64,000 bases of DNA from the human T2T-CHM13v2.0 reference genome, Homo sapiens, in the NCBI RefSeq assembly GCF_009914755.1, contig NC_060943.1; one strand, given 5' to 3'. Under the pieces are notes generated by a model, which was not told the DNA's origin, ran no database searches, and saw nothing but the letters and a program-made list of their open reading frames with translations. Every line of letters begins with the position of its first letter. Position 1 is the first letter of the stretch. This document shows, piece by piece, positions 37,190-49,495 of this stretch. The translations under genes and the position numbers were made by a program.

Positions 37190-37885
37190 CGTCACACAGA
37201 CATGACACGCTCACAGACATGATACGCCCAGACGTGACGAACTCACAGACATGACACGCCCACAGACGTGACACACCCAGACATGACGAACTCACAGACA
37301 TGACGCGCTCACAGACATGATACGCTCACAGACATGACACACCCAGATGTGACACACTCACAGACATGACACGCTCACAGACATACACTCACAGACATGA
37401 CACGCTCACACATGCGCTCACAGACATGACACGCCCAGACATGATGCACTCAGACATGACACGCTCACAGACATGCGCTCACAGACATGACATGCCCAGA
37501 CGTGACACTCAGACGTGACGTGCTCAGACGTGAGGCACAGACATGACATGCTCACAGACATGATAACGCTCACAGACATGCGCTCACAGACATGACATGC
37601 CCAGACGTGACACACTCAGACGTGATGCACTCAGACGTGACGCACAGACATGACATGTTCACAGACATGACATGCCCAGATGTGACACACTCACAGACAT
37701 GACACACTCACAGACATGACACGCTCACAGACATGACACGCCCAGACATGATGAACTCACAGACGTGACACACAGACATGACGCACTCAGACATGACACG
37801 CTCACAGACATGATGCACTCACAGACAGGACACGCCCAGATGTTACGCACTCACAGACGTGATGCACTCACAGACAGGACATGTG
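37190..37885. repeat. Minisatellite, about 15-17-bp unit CAGACATGACACGCTCA
   Basis: About 40 degenerate copies. Confidence 0.9.
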
Positions 37886-40379
37886 TGGCTCCACTCAGCA
37901 CCCATACTTAGTCACCTGTGCCCAGGAGCACGCATGTCTACACAGATCACATTCACAGACACTGTGACACAAGTCACACAGTCATGTGCACATGCGCACA
38001 CACACACTCGGTCTTCTGCCTCGACTGCACTGTGCAGGACACACAGAGGGACAGAATGGCAGACAGGGCAGTGGATTCCCAGGCTGGGGAAGGTGTGTCT
38101 GCTACCCTCGCTTGAGAGGTGGGGAGGCTCCAGGCCAGAGACAGAGAGGCCTGTGGGTGGGGCAGGGGTGGAGACCCACACCCCCCTCCCTCTGTCTCTC
38201 CCTCTCTGTCTCTGTCTCTGCCTCCGGCCCTGTGTGTGTGTCTCTGCATCTCTGTCTCTCTCCCTGAGTCTCAGTCTCCGCACGATGTCCCTGGGGCTGC
38301 GGACAGCAGCGCTCCGAATGGTGTCAGTTGAGGGGTGGCGAGGGAGCGTCCCCGGGGAGGTGGGAGCCGCAGTGCCACGCACCCCGCCTACCAAACAGCT
38401 CTGGGGGAGGGGAGAGGGAGGGTGGAGGCGCCACCGTGAGGCGAGGCGGAGGGAGGTCTGGCTGCTCCCCAACCTCACTCGTGGACCCCGCCTCCCCTCA
38501 GAGACCCAGAGAGATGGAGGAACTGGAGGTTGGGGTGGGGGGCACAGAGAAGGGGAGACATGCAGGGAGGAAGAGAGACCGAGGGGGTGGAGCGTGATAC
38601 ATGGAGAACTGAGAGGAAGCAGGAGTGAGACACGGAGGGAGATGGAGGGGGATAGGCGGGACATGGGGAACCCCACCAGGGGAAGGCACAGAGAAGGAAA
38701 GAGACACAGAGGACAAGGACAGGTCCCACAGAAACAGGAAGCAGACTGGGAGCCACATGCACACGCAGAGAGAAGAGAGAGACAGAGACAGAGAGACAGG
38801 CAGGGGGAGATCCGAGGTGGGGAAACACGGCAGAAGGAGCGAACCAGAGAGGCTGAGACAAAAGTAGATTAGAAAGCTGGAGGTCACGGGAGAGCGAGGG
38901 CCGCACCGGAGACCCTGGGTTGGGAGGAAGGAGAGAAGAGGGCAGAGATGCGGAAAATTGAGGGATTAGGGCAGAGGCAGGAGAGGGATGCAGGCGAGCC
39001 CGGCCCTGGAGGTGGAGTGGAAGGCTCAGGTGTAGGCCGGGTGGCGGGCAGACCTAAGGTGTGGATTCCTCGTCCTCCGCCCCACCTCGCCCTTCTTCAG
39101 TCCTAGGAGGTTGGTGTCCCCTGGGAGTCCGACCCATCCCAGCTTCAAAGCCCACCCTACCCCTCCTCCTCCTCATCTCCACCAGGCCCCACCCCACCCA
39201 GACCCCAGCTCCATCCTCTACCTCTCCTCCTGGTCCTCATCCCCAACTCCCACCCCTTCCCCACCCTTGCCTTCATTCTACCTCCACCCCCAGCCTCACT
39301 CCACATCGGGCCCCACCCCTCTATCAGAGTGACAGAAGGCAGGGAAATGACTGTTATTTGGTGATGCTGGAGGGGCGGGGGCAGAGAGCTGAAGCGGGGT
39401 GTGGTGTACACCAGAACCAGCTACTCAGGGAGCCCAGAGACCCAGAGTCCTTCTAGACGGCAACCACCAAGGGCCAGGGCTCAGGCATCCCGACAGAGCC
39501 CGGGGCTTGGCACCAAGAGTGTACTGAGGAAATTATGTTGAGGTGGAATCCAGATTAAACTGTGCTCAGCAGGGAATCAGGGAGACAGAGATAGCAGATC
39601 AAAGGGACAGAAAGCAGGAGATCAAGGGACAGAAATGAGGAGGGCAAAGAGACAGGGTCAGAGGGCTGGGGAAATAGGGATGGAGCCGAGAGCTAGAGGG
39701 GCAGATGGATGGGACTGAGATGCGGGAGCACACAGGGACAGGGAATCGGATGACAAGGAATTGAGGCCAAAAATGGGGAGAAGTGGGTGATCCAGGGTTA
39801 GAGAAAAGGAGGAACAGAGAAATGGGGTCAAAGACCCAGGAGGGCAAACATGAGGGGCAGAGAACTGGGAACCGGAGAGAGACTCCGAGGGACGAGGGAC
39901 CAGAGGCAGTGGGGCAGGCCTGAGGGCTAGGGCAAGGGGCGGGGCCTGGGTGGGCTGAGGCTGGAGCTGGGTGCCGGGCCACCAGGGATCCCACAAGGGC
40001 CGGGGTCCAGCCGGGCTGGGGGGGACTCAGGGCTCCAGGGGCATCAGGCGCGGTGCTAATTCAGCGCCATCGATCAGATGGGATGAGAGCAATAAATTAT
40101 TGTGACAAGATGCAATCCTGGCCCGCGCACTGCCGCCGAGGCGGATCGATCCCTGTCCCCAGCCCCACACCGGGTCCCATGCCCAGGCCTGGGCTGGAGG
40201 GGATGCCTCTGCCCACCTCTCCCTCCATTCTCCACCCTGCACACACTCACTCCCACTGACAGCCAGGTGAAGGGAATGTGAGGGGCAGCCTAGGGAAGAG
40301 GCGGGAGGGGGCTGGGGGAACCCACAGAGGGAAGTTCAGCGCCCCCTCTGACCCAGGCCTTTTGCTTCCCTCAGCACCC

Positions 40380-40540
40380 CATCCTCACCACCACCTGTGA
40401 GGTAGGAACTGCCATGATGGATGCCCATTTCACAGATGTGGAAACTGAGGTTCTGACAGGAAAAGTAACTTGGCCAAAGTCCCACAGGGATGAGGTGAGC
40501 CTGGACTTGAATGCAGGTCAGTATGACTCTAGGCCCCCGA
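40380..40540 (-). mobile_element. MIR
   Basis: cccatttcacagatgtggaaactgagg core. Confidence 0.8.
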
Positions 40541-40954
40541 TATTTGTACTGTCAGAGGACAGAGCAAGGGCCAGAGACAGAAAAGGAGGAAAGAGACAAG
40601 ACAAGGAGACAGACACAGAGTCCAGGATATGGAGAAACTGAGAGAGAGTCAGAGAGCTGTAAAGACCCTGTATGGAGAAAAACAGACACAGACAAAGACA
40701 ACCAGAGAAATACAGAGAACAAAGAGAGACTGGGAGACAGACAGACAGAGACAAAAAGACAGGGTGAGACAGAGGAGTCGAGAGGCCAGAAACCAAGAGA
40801 GACAGAGAGACTCAGAATCAAGACAGGCAGACATGGACAGGGACAAGGAGACAGGGGCAGGTGGTGGCAAAGGTGGAAATGGAGAAAGGAAATGAAAGTG
40901 AGGGTGGGTGGAAAGGAAAGGCCAGCATGCAGGGAGGGGCGGTGTGGGAGGCAG

Positions 40955-41330
40955 GAGTGTGTCTGGGGAGGCAGGGGTGTGCTGGGAGGGGGCTGTGCTG
41001 GGGGGGTGTCTGGGGAGGCGGAGGTGTGCTGGGACGGGGCTGTGCTGGGGGTGTGTCTGGGGAGGTGGGGGTGGATCTGCGGAGGCGGGGGTGTGTTGGG
41101 AGGGAGCTGTGCTGGGGGGGTGTCTGGGGAGGCAGGGGTGTGCTGGGAGGGGGCTGTGCTGGGGGGTGGTAGGGGTGCGCTGGGAGGGGCTGTGCTGGGG
41201 GTGTGTGTGGGGAGGTAGGGGTATGCTGGGAGGGGGCTGTGCTGGGGGGAGGTAGGGGTGCGCTGGGAGGGGGCTGTGCTGGGGGTGTGTCTGGGGAGGT
41301 GGGGGTGCTCTGGGAGGGGGCTGTGCTGGC
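40955..41330. repeat. G-rich minisatellite (GTGTCTGGGGAGGCAGGGGTGTGCTGGGAGGGGGCTGTGCTGGGG-like)
   Basis: About 9 copies. Confidence 0.88.
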
Positions 41331-41559
41331 CCCAAACAGCTTGTGGGGGAGGTGGGGGTGAGCATGTGGAATGACAGCCTTAGCCCCAGGAGTCAATGAA
41401 GGGTGAGAAAGTGAGCCTGGAGAGTAGGGGAGATGGGGTTGGGAGGTAATGGAGAAGCAAGTGTCACCAAAGTCCCTAGGTGGATAGGTGTGTCTGTGGA
41501 GGGAGGAGGTCACCTGAGGGGCAGATGAGGGAGGTAAGGACACCTGGATGGCTAGGAGG

Positions 41560-41740
41560 GCAGTCTCTGAAGTCAGACAGCCTTGACTTGACTCAAATCT
41601 CTAACATCTACCTGTTTCTGGGACCTCAAAGAAACTCTCTGGACTCAGTTTCCTTCTCTGTAAAATGGGGACAAGAGGCAAGTACGTGCCTCATGAGGGT
41701 CCTGTGAGGACAAATGAGACAATGGGTGTGAAGAACTTGG
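41560..41740 (+). mobile_element. MIR
   Basis: ctcagtttccttctctgtaaaatgggg core. Confidence 0.78.
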
Positions 41741-44700
41741 TGTCTGTCACAGAGATGGATGGTGGTCTTAGTAATCGGGAGCTGTCATCACCATCACCCT
41801 CACCTTTATCCTCATTCTCGTTGTCGCCATCAGTATATATGGGGAGGGTAGGTGTTATGTGGTGGAACAGGTGGGGCACACATTACAAGCACCTGCTGCT
41901 CAGAGAATGATACCTGGACCAGGTGTTTCTGATGCACATTGAAGTCAGATAACCTCGGACTTAAGATGCTGTGCAGTGCGGGGAGCAGGTGTGGGGGTGG
42001 CTGGGAACAGGCGACACATGTGTCTAACACATGCTACAGGTGTTATGCACGTGGAGGAAGGCGCTCCTCGAGGAGAGAGCTGGTCAGAGACACGTGCTAG
42101 GAAAGGGGACCGGTGTTTCTGGAGAGAAGCAGGTTGGAGACAGGTGTGAGAGATCTGAAGGTTTCTTCCTAAAGGTGTGGTGGTGACAAGCTGCAGGGAC
42201 AGGTATCAAAAGTGAACATAGCAGAGAATGGGGCAGAGGTGTGCAGTGGGTTCCCAATGCTTGCAAAAGGTGCAAAGGGACTCCGGTCACATGGATGTTT
42301 GGGGGGAGGAAAAGGAGAGAGGTGGCTGGAGTGTGGGGAACCAGGTGCATGTCTGTGGGACAGGGCTGTTTTCAGGAGGTGACCCCTAGACCCAGCTGAA
42401 GAGATGTGAAGCAAAGAGAGATTAAGTGGGGGTATGCATAGTGGGTGTCGAAGCCTCGGTATCTGTTTGCTGATTAAATGATTTGAATGTGTTACCAGGG
42501 CAGAGGATTCCCTGGGATAAACAGGTGAGGAATGGCAGGTGCAGGGGGTTACTGGTGTGACCTTGTGCAGCAAGAGAGAGAGAGAAACATGGGAAATTAG
42601 GTATGTGGGAAAGAAGAGAAGTGGATAGAGAGTACCTGAGGGACAGGTGTGGGAAAACAGGTATACAGGTGACGCAGATACCTGTGGCCAAGGACAGACT
42701 CCTGCCCCAAACGTGTGTGTGTAAAGTAATGTTGTGTATAGTGAGAGACAGTGAGAGACCAGGAGAGGCAAAGACAGTGCAAGAAGGAGTGAGACACAGG
42801 TGAGCAAGTGTACAAGGGACCGGGAAACTCTGAGGGGACAAGAGCTTGGAGGAAGGCATAATGGCAGGGAAAGCCATGAGGAGGGTACTAGTGTGTGGAT
42901 TGGTGATCAGGTGGTGCTTGGGGTTAGGACACAGGTGGGGAAGGTGCTTCTGTTGTCTGTGATAAGTAACCCGAAATGACAAGTAGGAAAGACAGGTACG
43001 GGGGAATCCTTGGAAGTCAGTGTACCTTGGAAGTCAGGTACAGGTAGAGAGGGATGTGAGCGACAGGTGTGCTCTTAGGTGACCTGTGTGTGGCCAGCTC
43101 TTCTGGAAGGGCAGGTGTTGGGGTGGTTAAGGAGGTGCAACACTGTCACGGAGGAGGATGGGTGAGGGCCAGGAGGCTGGGGACTGGTGGGGGCAGGCCT
43201 TACCTGAGGGGACAGGTTAGCAGGTTGCATGTGTGAGTGCTTGTGTGCAACAGAAGGAATGTGTGTGTGAGTGTGTGCATGTGTGGTGACTCGGTACTGC
43301 TTGAGAGGAGGAAGAGGTGAAGAAATACGAATGTGTGAGGAACAGGTGAGTTTGCAGCTTTAGGGGACAGGTGGGATGGCTCACGTACAGGTAGGAAGGG
43401 GCCAGTGTGACATGAAATGAGATAAAATGCAGGGATTCCAGTGGAAGGGGCAGATTTTAGAGAACAGGTATTACCTGGAGGGGCAGGTAAGAGGGGACGT
43501 ATGCTCCCCGAGAGACCAGACATCTTAAGGGCAGGTGTGAGGGGGACAAGTGTTACCTGGAGGGGCAGGTGAGAGGAAATAGGTGTTACCTCCAGGGCAG
43601 ATGAAGGGAACAGGTATGGAGGACAGGTGTTGCGTGCAGGCAGGTATGAGGAGATAGATGTTACCTGGAAGTCCAGATTTGGGGAGTTGAAGGGGGAACA
43701 TGGATGTGACAGGTGCATTGATAGACAGGTGTGAAAGGTTAGTTACCTGAGGCCACAGGTGGGTGCAGTGTGACTCTGCCAGATGGTCTGCCACCTCGAT
43801 TTCTCTCGCTCCCCTGTCCTCCCCTCCCTGGGGAGCCAGTTCTGGCTCTCGGGTCCCTCCCGTGGCTCTGGCCCTGGGTGGGGCACAGAGTTAGCTCTGG
43901 GCTAGGCGAGGCCTGGCCTGCTGGCCTGCCGGGCAGCCAGGGCCCCTGAGGCTGCTTGGCGATGCGGAGCGCGTCTGGGCCGCGGCGGCCGGCCGGGAGG
44001 GGGGAGCGGGCGGGGGGGCCGTTTAGCCGTGATAGATCCGCGCGCCGCTTGTCTCTTAATCTCCAGAGCGACCGATCGATTCGCTATTTCCCTTTGTTGC
44101 CAGAAAATTCGATCCTGGGCCTGGAATTAGGTCCCCGGCTTAATCTGAGCGGAAACCAGCGAGAGGGAGACAGAGACAGAGATGCTGGGAGAGACAGAGA
44201 CAGAGAGACAGTAAGAGACAGAAAGAGGCAGAGAGAGAGAGATAGAAAGAGATGCCGAGAAAGGAAGAGAGAGAGATAGATGCCGAGAAAGGAAGAGACA
44301 CAGGGAGAGATAAGCACAGAGATTTAGAGAGAGATAGTCTTAAGAGTTGGACCCAAAAAGGAAGAGAGAGATGCTGTGAGAGACAGAGATAGAGAGACAG
44401 ATCCTGGGAGAGTTAGAGGTGGACACAGAGATGCTGTGAGAGACAGAGACAGAGAGACAGTGAGGAGAGACCCAGCCAGGGGAGAGATAACAGAAGTGGC
44501 CCAGCAGGGCCCTGCGACAGTGGTGGAATGATAGAAAGGGTGTCCCAGAGGGCCCCGGCCCCACGAAGGTCAGGGCCAGGCCTGTACTCCTTGCCCCGAA
44601 GTGTGCAGACCCCAGAATTGGCCCAAATGTCCTTCCCACAGACCCTGTGACCCCTCATACCAAATATCCAGACCCCAGATATCCAGATCCAAATTCGCAG

Positions 44701-45149
44701 ACCCTTAGCTTTGAACTCCAACTCCAAATCCAGACTTCTGGCCCCCTCAAGTCCAAACTCCTATGCTGATCCCCAGTCCCAGATATCCACACCCCCAGTC
44801 CTGACTCCCAGCCCCAGTCAGCTCCCAACCTCAGATATCTAGATCTTCCGCCCCAAGTGTCCAGTCTCTTGGCTTTGAGCCCCTAGGTCCCAAATATGCA
44901 AGCCCTCAGCCCTGACCTCTAAACCCCACTCAGAATCTAGCCCCAAATATCCAGACTCCTCAGCCCCAAACATCCAAATCCACCTTCAGGTCGGCCACCA
45001 ACCCCCGTTCCCAGATTTTCAGTCCAGTCTCTTGCAGACCCCATCTCCGTGGCTCTCACTCGCTCTCCCTCCCCGCCCCCAAATCTCGCACCCCTGTCCC
45101 GAGGCCGCACCTCTAGCGCTACCCGCCTCCCACCTTCCCAGAGTTGGGC

Positions 45150-46220
45150 GCTGCCCCACCTGCCCCTTACAGCCGGGGCGGATGACCCCATCCGCCTACC
45201 CCTCCACCGGCTCGGAGGCCCAGCTTCTCAGGCCTCCCGGGACCACCCCCGCGCCCGCCCCCTCCTGGGGCGGGAATCCCCGCCCCCTCCCCGCCCCTGC
45301 GCCGGCCGCGGCGCTCACTCACTTTCTGGGCTTTTCGCATCCGCTCCGGTCCGGGGAGAAGTGTTTAAAGTTCGGATCCCGCAGCCATGGCCCCCGCGGC
45401 GTCCTGGGGAGGGGGCACCGGGGCGAGGGGCGGGGTGGGGGGAGATGCCCGGAGCCCCGGGGAGGCAGAGACCCAGAGGACGAGGAGAGGGAGTCTCTGA
45501 GACGCCGGGACAGGAGAGACTCAGAGACGGAGAGACAGCCAAGGAGACAGAGACGGGGAGACGAGCAGAGACGGGGAGATGCAGAGAGGGAGAGAGACAG
45601 CGAGATAGACGCGCAAAGAGAGCAGAGACGGGGAGAGCTGAGGACGGAGCTCCGGGCTGGAGCTCAGCACAGCGAGCGCCGGCGGGCGCGCGCCGGGGAC
45701 AGCCTGGCCGGCTGGGGGCGCGGGGCGGCCCTGCCTCCTGCGCCTTCTCCTCTTCCTCCTCTTCCTCCTGCTCCTCCTCCTCCTCGTTCTCCTCCTCCTC
45801 CCTCCACTCCTCTGCGCGCCGCGCGCCTCCCGCCCTCGCGGCCGCCCGGCCGGGCTCGGCTCGCAGATATATGGAGGCGGCGGCGGCGGCGCGGGGGAGG
45901 GGGCGGGGGCGCGATCGATGGAATATAATTTTCCTCAAACTCGGAAAATAAAGTTCAGAGCTGATCAAATTTGAAAACAGATGTCGAATCGCGACTCTAA
46001 ATAAGGTTCGATCCCGGGACTGAGGGAGTGGGGGTGGGGCGGGGGTGGGTGGAGAGGTGGAGAGACCCCCCTCCTCTCCCCTTCCCTTCTCCTCCGCCCC
46101 GCTCCTCCCTAAGTGGACGCGCGGACAAACGGACAGGCGCGAGGTGGAGGTGGCGACGATGCGTCCAGGACCCCTGCTGGACACGCAAGCCTGGACCGGG
46201 ACTGGAACACGGACCCGCAC
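45150..46220 (-). promoter_or_regulatory. ERFL: CpG island, probable ERFL promoter and non-coding first exon (candidate donor AAA|gtgagt at 45323/45322)
   Basis: CpG-dense, with GC boxes, a (GCC)n tract and an AT-rich core at 45910-46015. The acceptor at 30428 requires an upstream exon. Exact exon limits are inferred. Confidence 0.6.
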
Positions 46221-47169
46221 ACACGCAGCCTGGATAGGAGATACACGGACAGAGGGACATATGGATACAGTAAGACAGTGCAAACACACACTCAGGGACA
46301 CACAACCCTACAGAGAGACAGACACAGACACACACACACAGACCTGCCATCTATACACGCAGCACACACATGCGGACCGTAATACAGGAAGTGGAAACAC
46401 AACCGGTACACGGAGACATTCAGGCACACACAGAGAAACATATGCACAAACACAGCCTGCACACCACACCTTCCCCAACCCACAGCCACTCCCTGATCCA
46501 CTGACCCACAAACTGGACACAAAGACAACCAGATGCACACACAGCCACACTCCACTCCCAACACACAGCCTGGACACACAAGCCCTCACTAACACATAGG
46601 CAGAACCCAGGGCTGGCACACTGACACTCCCCTTCACACTCCCACAAGGTCACAGGCACACACACGCACACCTACAGTGACAGGAAAGGGCCCTGCCCAG
46701 CCAGATCTGCTCCCATTGAAATAACAAGTCAATATCGACCAGCCTCAGGGCGGGTCAGACCCACAGTTCAGCTCCCGGCCGGCCGGACCTCCTGGCCCAA
46801 CCTGACCCTCACCCTCACTGTCTACCCTCCTATTCCCTCCCTTGCCCCTTGCCCCTCGCCCCTTGCCCCTCACCCTGCCCTCTCTCCCGCTTCCACTCCC
46901 CAACCCACCACCCCCGACTTTTCTCTCCCATTCCCAGGTCAGGCTCCGCCCCGCCAAGTCCCACACCACCTTCTCTGGGGAAAGGCAGCTCTCACCTGGG
47001 CAGCCCCTGGAGGCTTCTACCCCTAGAGGGGAAAATAGGTCTCACGGCAAGACAGCAGTCCCCAGGTGGATATTCAGGGGCCAGGACAGCTCTGTCGGAT
47101 CTCACCAACCCCACCAGCGCCCAGGTGCTGAGACCGAGGTGCTGAGAGGCTAGAAGAGAACTTCAGCCC

Positions 47170-47390
47170 TGCCTGACAGACAAGGTTCAGCCTCACTCCC
47201 GCTCACCACTCACTCAGGCAAGTCGCTAAACATCCCCGAGCCTCAAGTTTCCTCATCTGCAAAATGGGACAATAATGACCTCCCTCCTAGAGTGGTTGGG
47301 AAGGTTAAACCGCAGGGCGCATGGAGCACAGCTGGTACTGCACCAAGTACCAAGTAAACACGCATTTGCTGTGAGCTTGCTGCTTCCGAA
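47170..47390 (+). mobile_element. MIR
   Basis: gagcctcaagtttcctcatctgcaaaatggg core. Confidence 0.78.
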
Positions 47391-49249
47391 TAATCTCATT
47401 AAAAATATTAAGAATTTTGCCAGATAACAAGAATTCCTTCACTTGTGTGTACCTTCACTTGTCTGAAAGGGAACATTCTTTCAAGGAGCCAACAGGCTTC
47501 ACTGGGCTCCATTTACGACCCTTTCCCCCAGAGCCATGGTTCTCTGGGTGTCCATAACAGCCCCGGGACTCTCCACAGCCTACTTGAACACAGGTCACCA
47601 GCTACAGTGTTTGTGCATATGTTTCTGTGCGTGTGCCTGAATGTCTCCATGTACGGGTCGTGTGTTCCCACTTCCTGTATTACGGTATGCACGTGTGTGC
47701 TGCGTGTGTAGATGGCAGGTCTGTGTATGTGTATCTGTGTCTATCTCTGAGTTTATCTGTAACACCCAGCACACTACAGAGAGCATTCCCCCTCTACACC
47801 CAGCACACTACAGAGCCCCCTCTTGGCTCTGAAAGCCAAGGAGGAGGTTCCGGAACACCCTCTGGAAGGCAGGACTCCTCCCACACAGGACACCCTTTGG
47901 GAGAAAGGTGACACCCTCTGGGTAGATATGACTCCTTGGCTACACCCTTCAAGAGAGCTGGGACACCATTAAGGCTTCAAGTACACCAACTGGAATGCAT
48001 TTCATGACCATTAAACCCCTGTGAAGAGGGACAGAACACCTTCTAAGCAGAAAGAGCTCAATTGACTGTAGATAACACCCTTCAGTAAGATAGGACATCC
48101 TCTGGAGAGATACAGTTTATCACACCATACACGACACCCTACTGGAAAATAGAACATCTTTGGAATGTGAGGGACAGACACCCTTAAGATAGCAAAGACC
48201 ATCAGTCAATAGGGCTTTAAGACTTTATCTCTAAACCACGCCCCTCTGGGAGACAGGAAAACGTCCCCAGGTGTCAGAAACACCTGGACTGTAATGTTAA
48301 CACCTTTGAGGGTCTTGCAATGCCCAATCAGAGGGTGGGGAGGACCCCCCAAGGAGAGCTCTGATGCTCTTGGGGCTGGGGTTGGGGGGGCCAGGACCCA
48401 TTGCCTTGTGCATCCCACACACCGGTAGGAATGGGAACAGCACCCGTCTGACTGTTTAGAACACCCTCAGCACCCCCCACCCCCAGAAGACACCGTCTTG
48501 ATTTCTGGAACACCTCTGGGGGCTGTGCATTTTGGAGTAATTTATGCTCCCTCTCTGAGTCCTAGGGTTCGGGAGGATTTGTGAAAAGGAGACCAGAGCG
48601 TGCAGCGCTGTGTAAGGCACATAGTAGGTGCTCAGTGAAAGAGACCCCTCACTGCACAGCACGCCCGCGGCCGGCAGGGGCACACGTTCCCTCGTTAGCA
48701 GTGTTGCCAACTCTGCCTACTTGGCTGAAGGAAGCGTCTCACAGGAGGGGGATCGTTAAGCTGTACTTAACATCCCCAGGGAGGCTGCAGCAGCAGAAGA
48801 CTGTAGTTAATACCCCACTGAGAGAGGACGCCCTCAGGGTGTTTAATGCCCCCTAGGAGAGAGGGATACAGAGAGAGGGAGCAGGAGAATACCCTCACCA
48901 GCCTCTAACACCCAGTGGACTGAATTTATTACCCGTGAAGGAGAGAGCATACCTCTGGGGTCTGTAATATCCTCTAGACTCTTGAAACCCCCAAGAGCAA
49001 GAGGACCCCTCCGTGAGGGCTATCGGCTCTCTCGAGATTGCTTTTAACAAAGATGCCTCCTGGTGCAGCTGAAACCACTAAAGGTGACAGAGGGTGAAAC
49101 CAGGAGCCCCCCACCCCAAGATTCCATCTCCTTAACTCTCTCCCCACCACTGCAGCCCTCCTGGAACCACAGGAACAAAAGGGAAGGTGGGGGTGGTGTG
49201 GGTAGGGGAGGTTGAATGGGGCCCAAATCCCAGCATGTCAATAGTCATG

Positions 49250-49495
49250 ACAAGGACCATTTAATGGGATGTGCCTGGCAGTGGCCTAAACTCTATACAC
49301 AGATTAACTCAAGCAAGTCTCACGGCACAACTCTAAGAGGTAGATGCTGTTATAAGCGTCACCCCCACTTTACTGATGAGGAAACTGAGGCACAGAATCA
49401 CTTGCCGGCTGTCACACAGCTAGTTAGTATTGGAAGGGGACCTGGAGCCAAGCAGCCTGGCCGAGGGGTCTGTGTTCTTAACCACCAGGCCACCC
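49250..49495 (-). mobile_element. MIR
   Basis: ccactttactgatgaggaaactgaggcacaga core. Confidence 0.8.

Noticed and set aside
45032-46301. Three ORFs of about 300 aa over the ERFL promoter island
   Set aside because: GC-rich with (CCT)n/(GA)n tracts, open on both strands, and no domain; typical CpG-island artefact.
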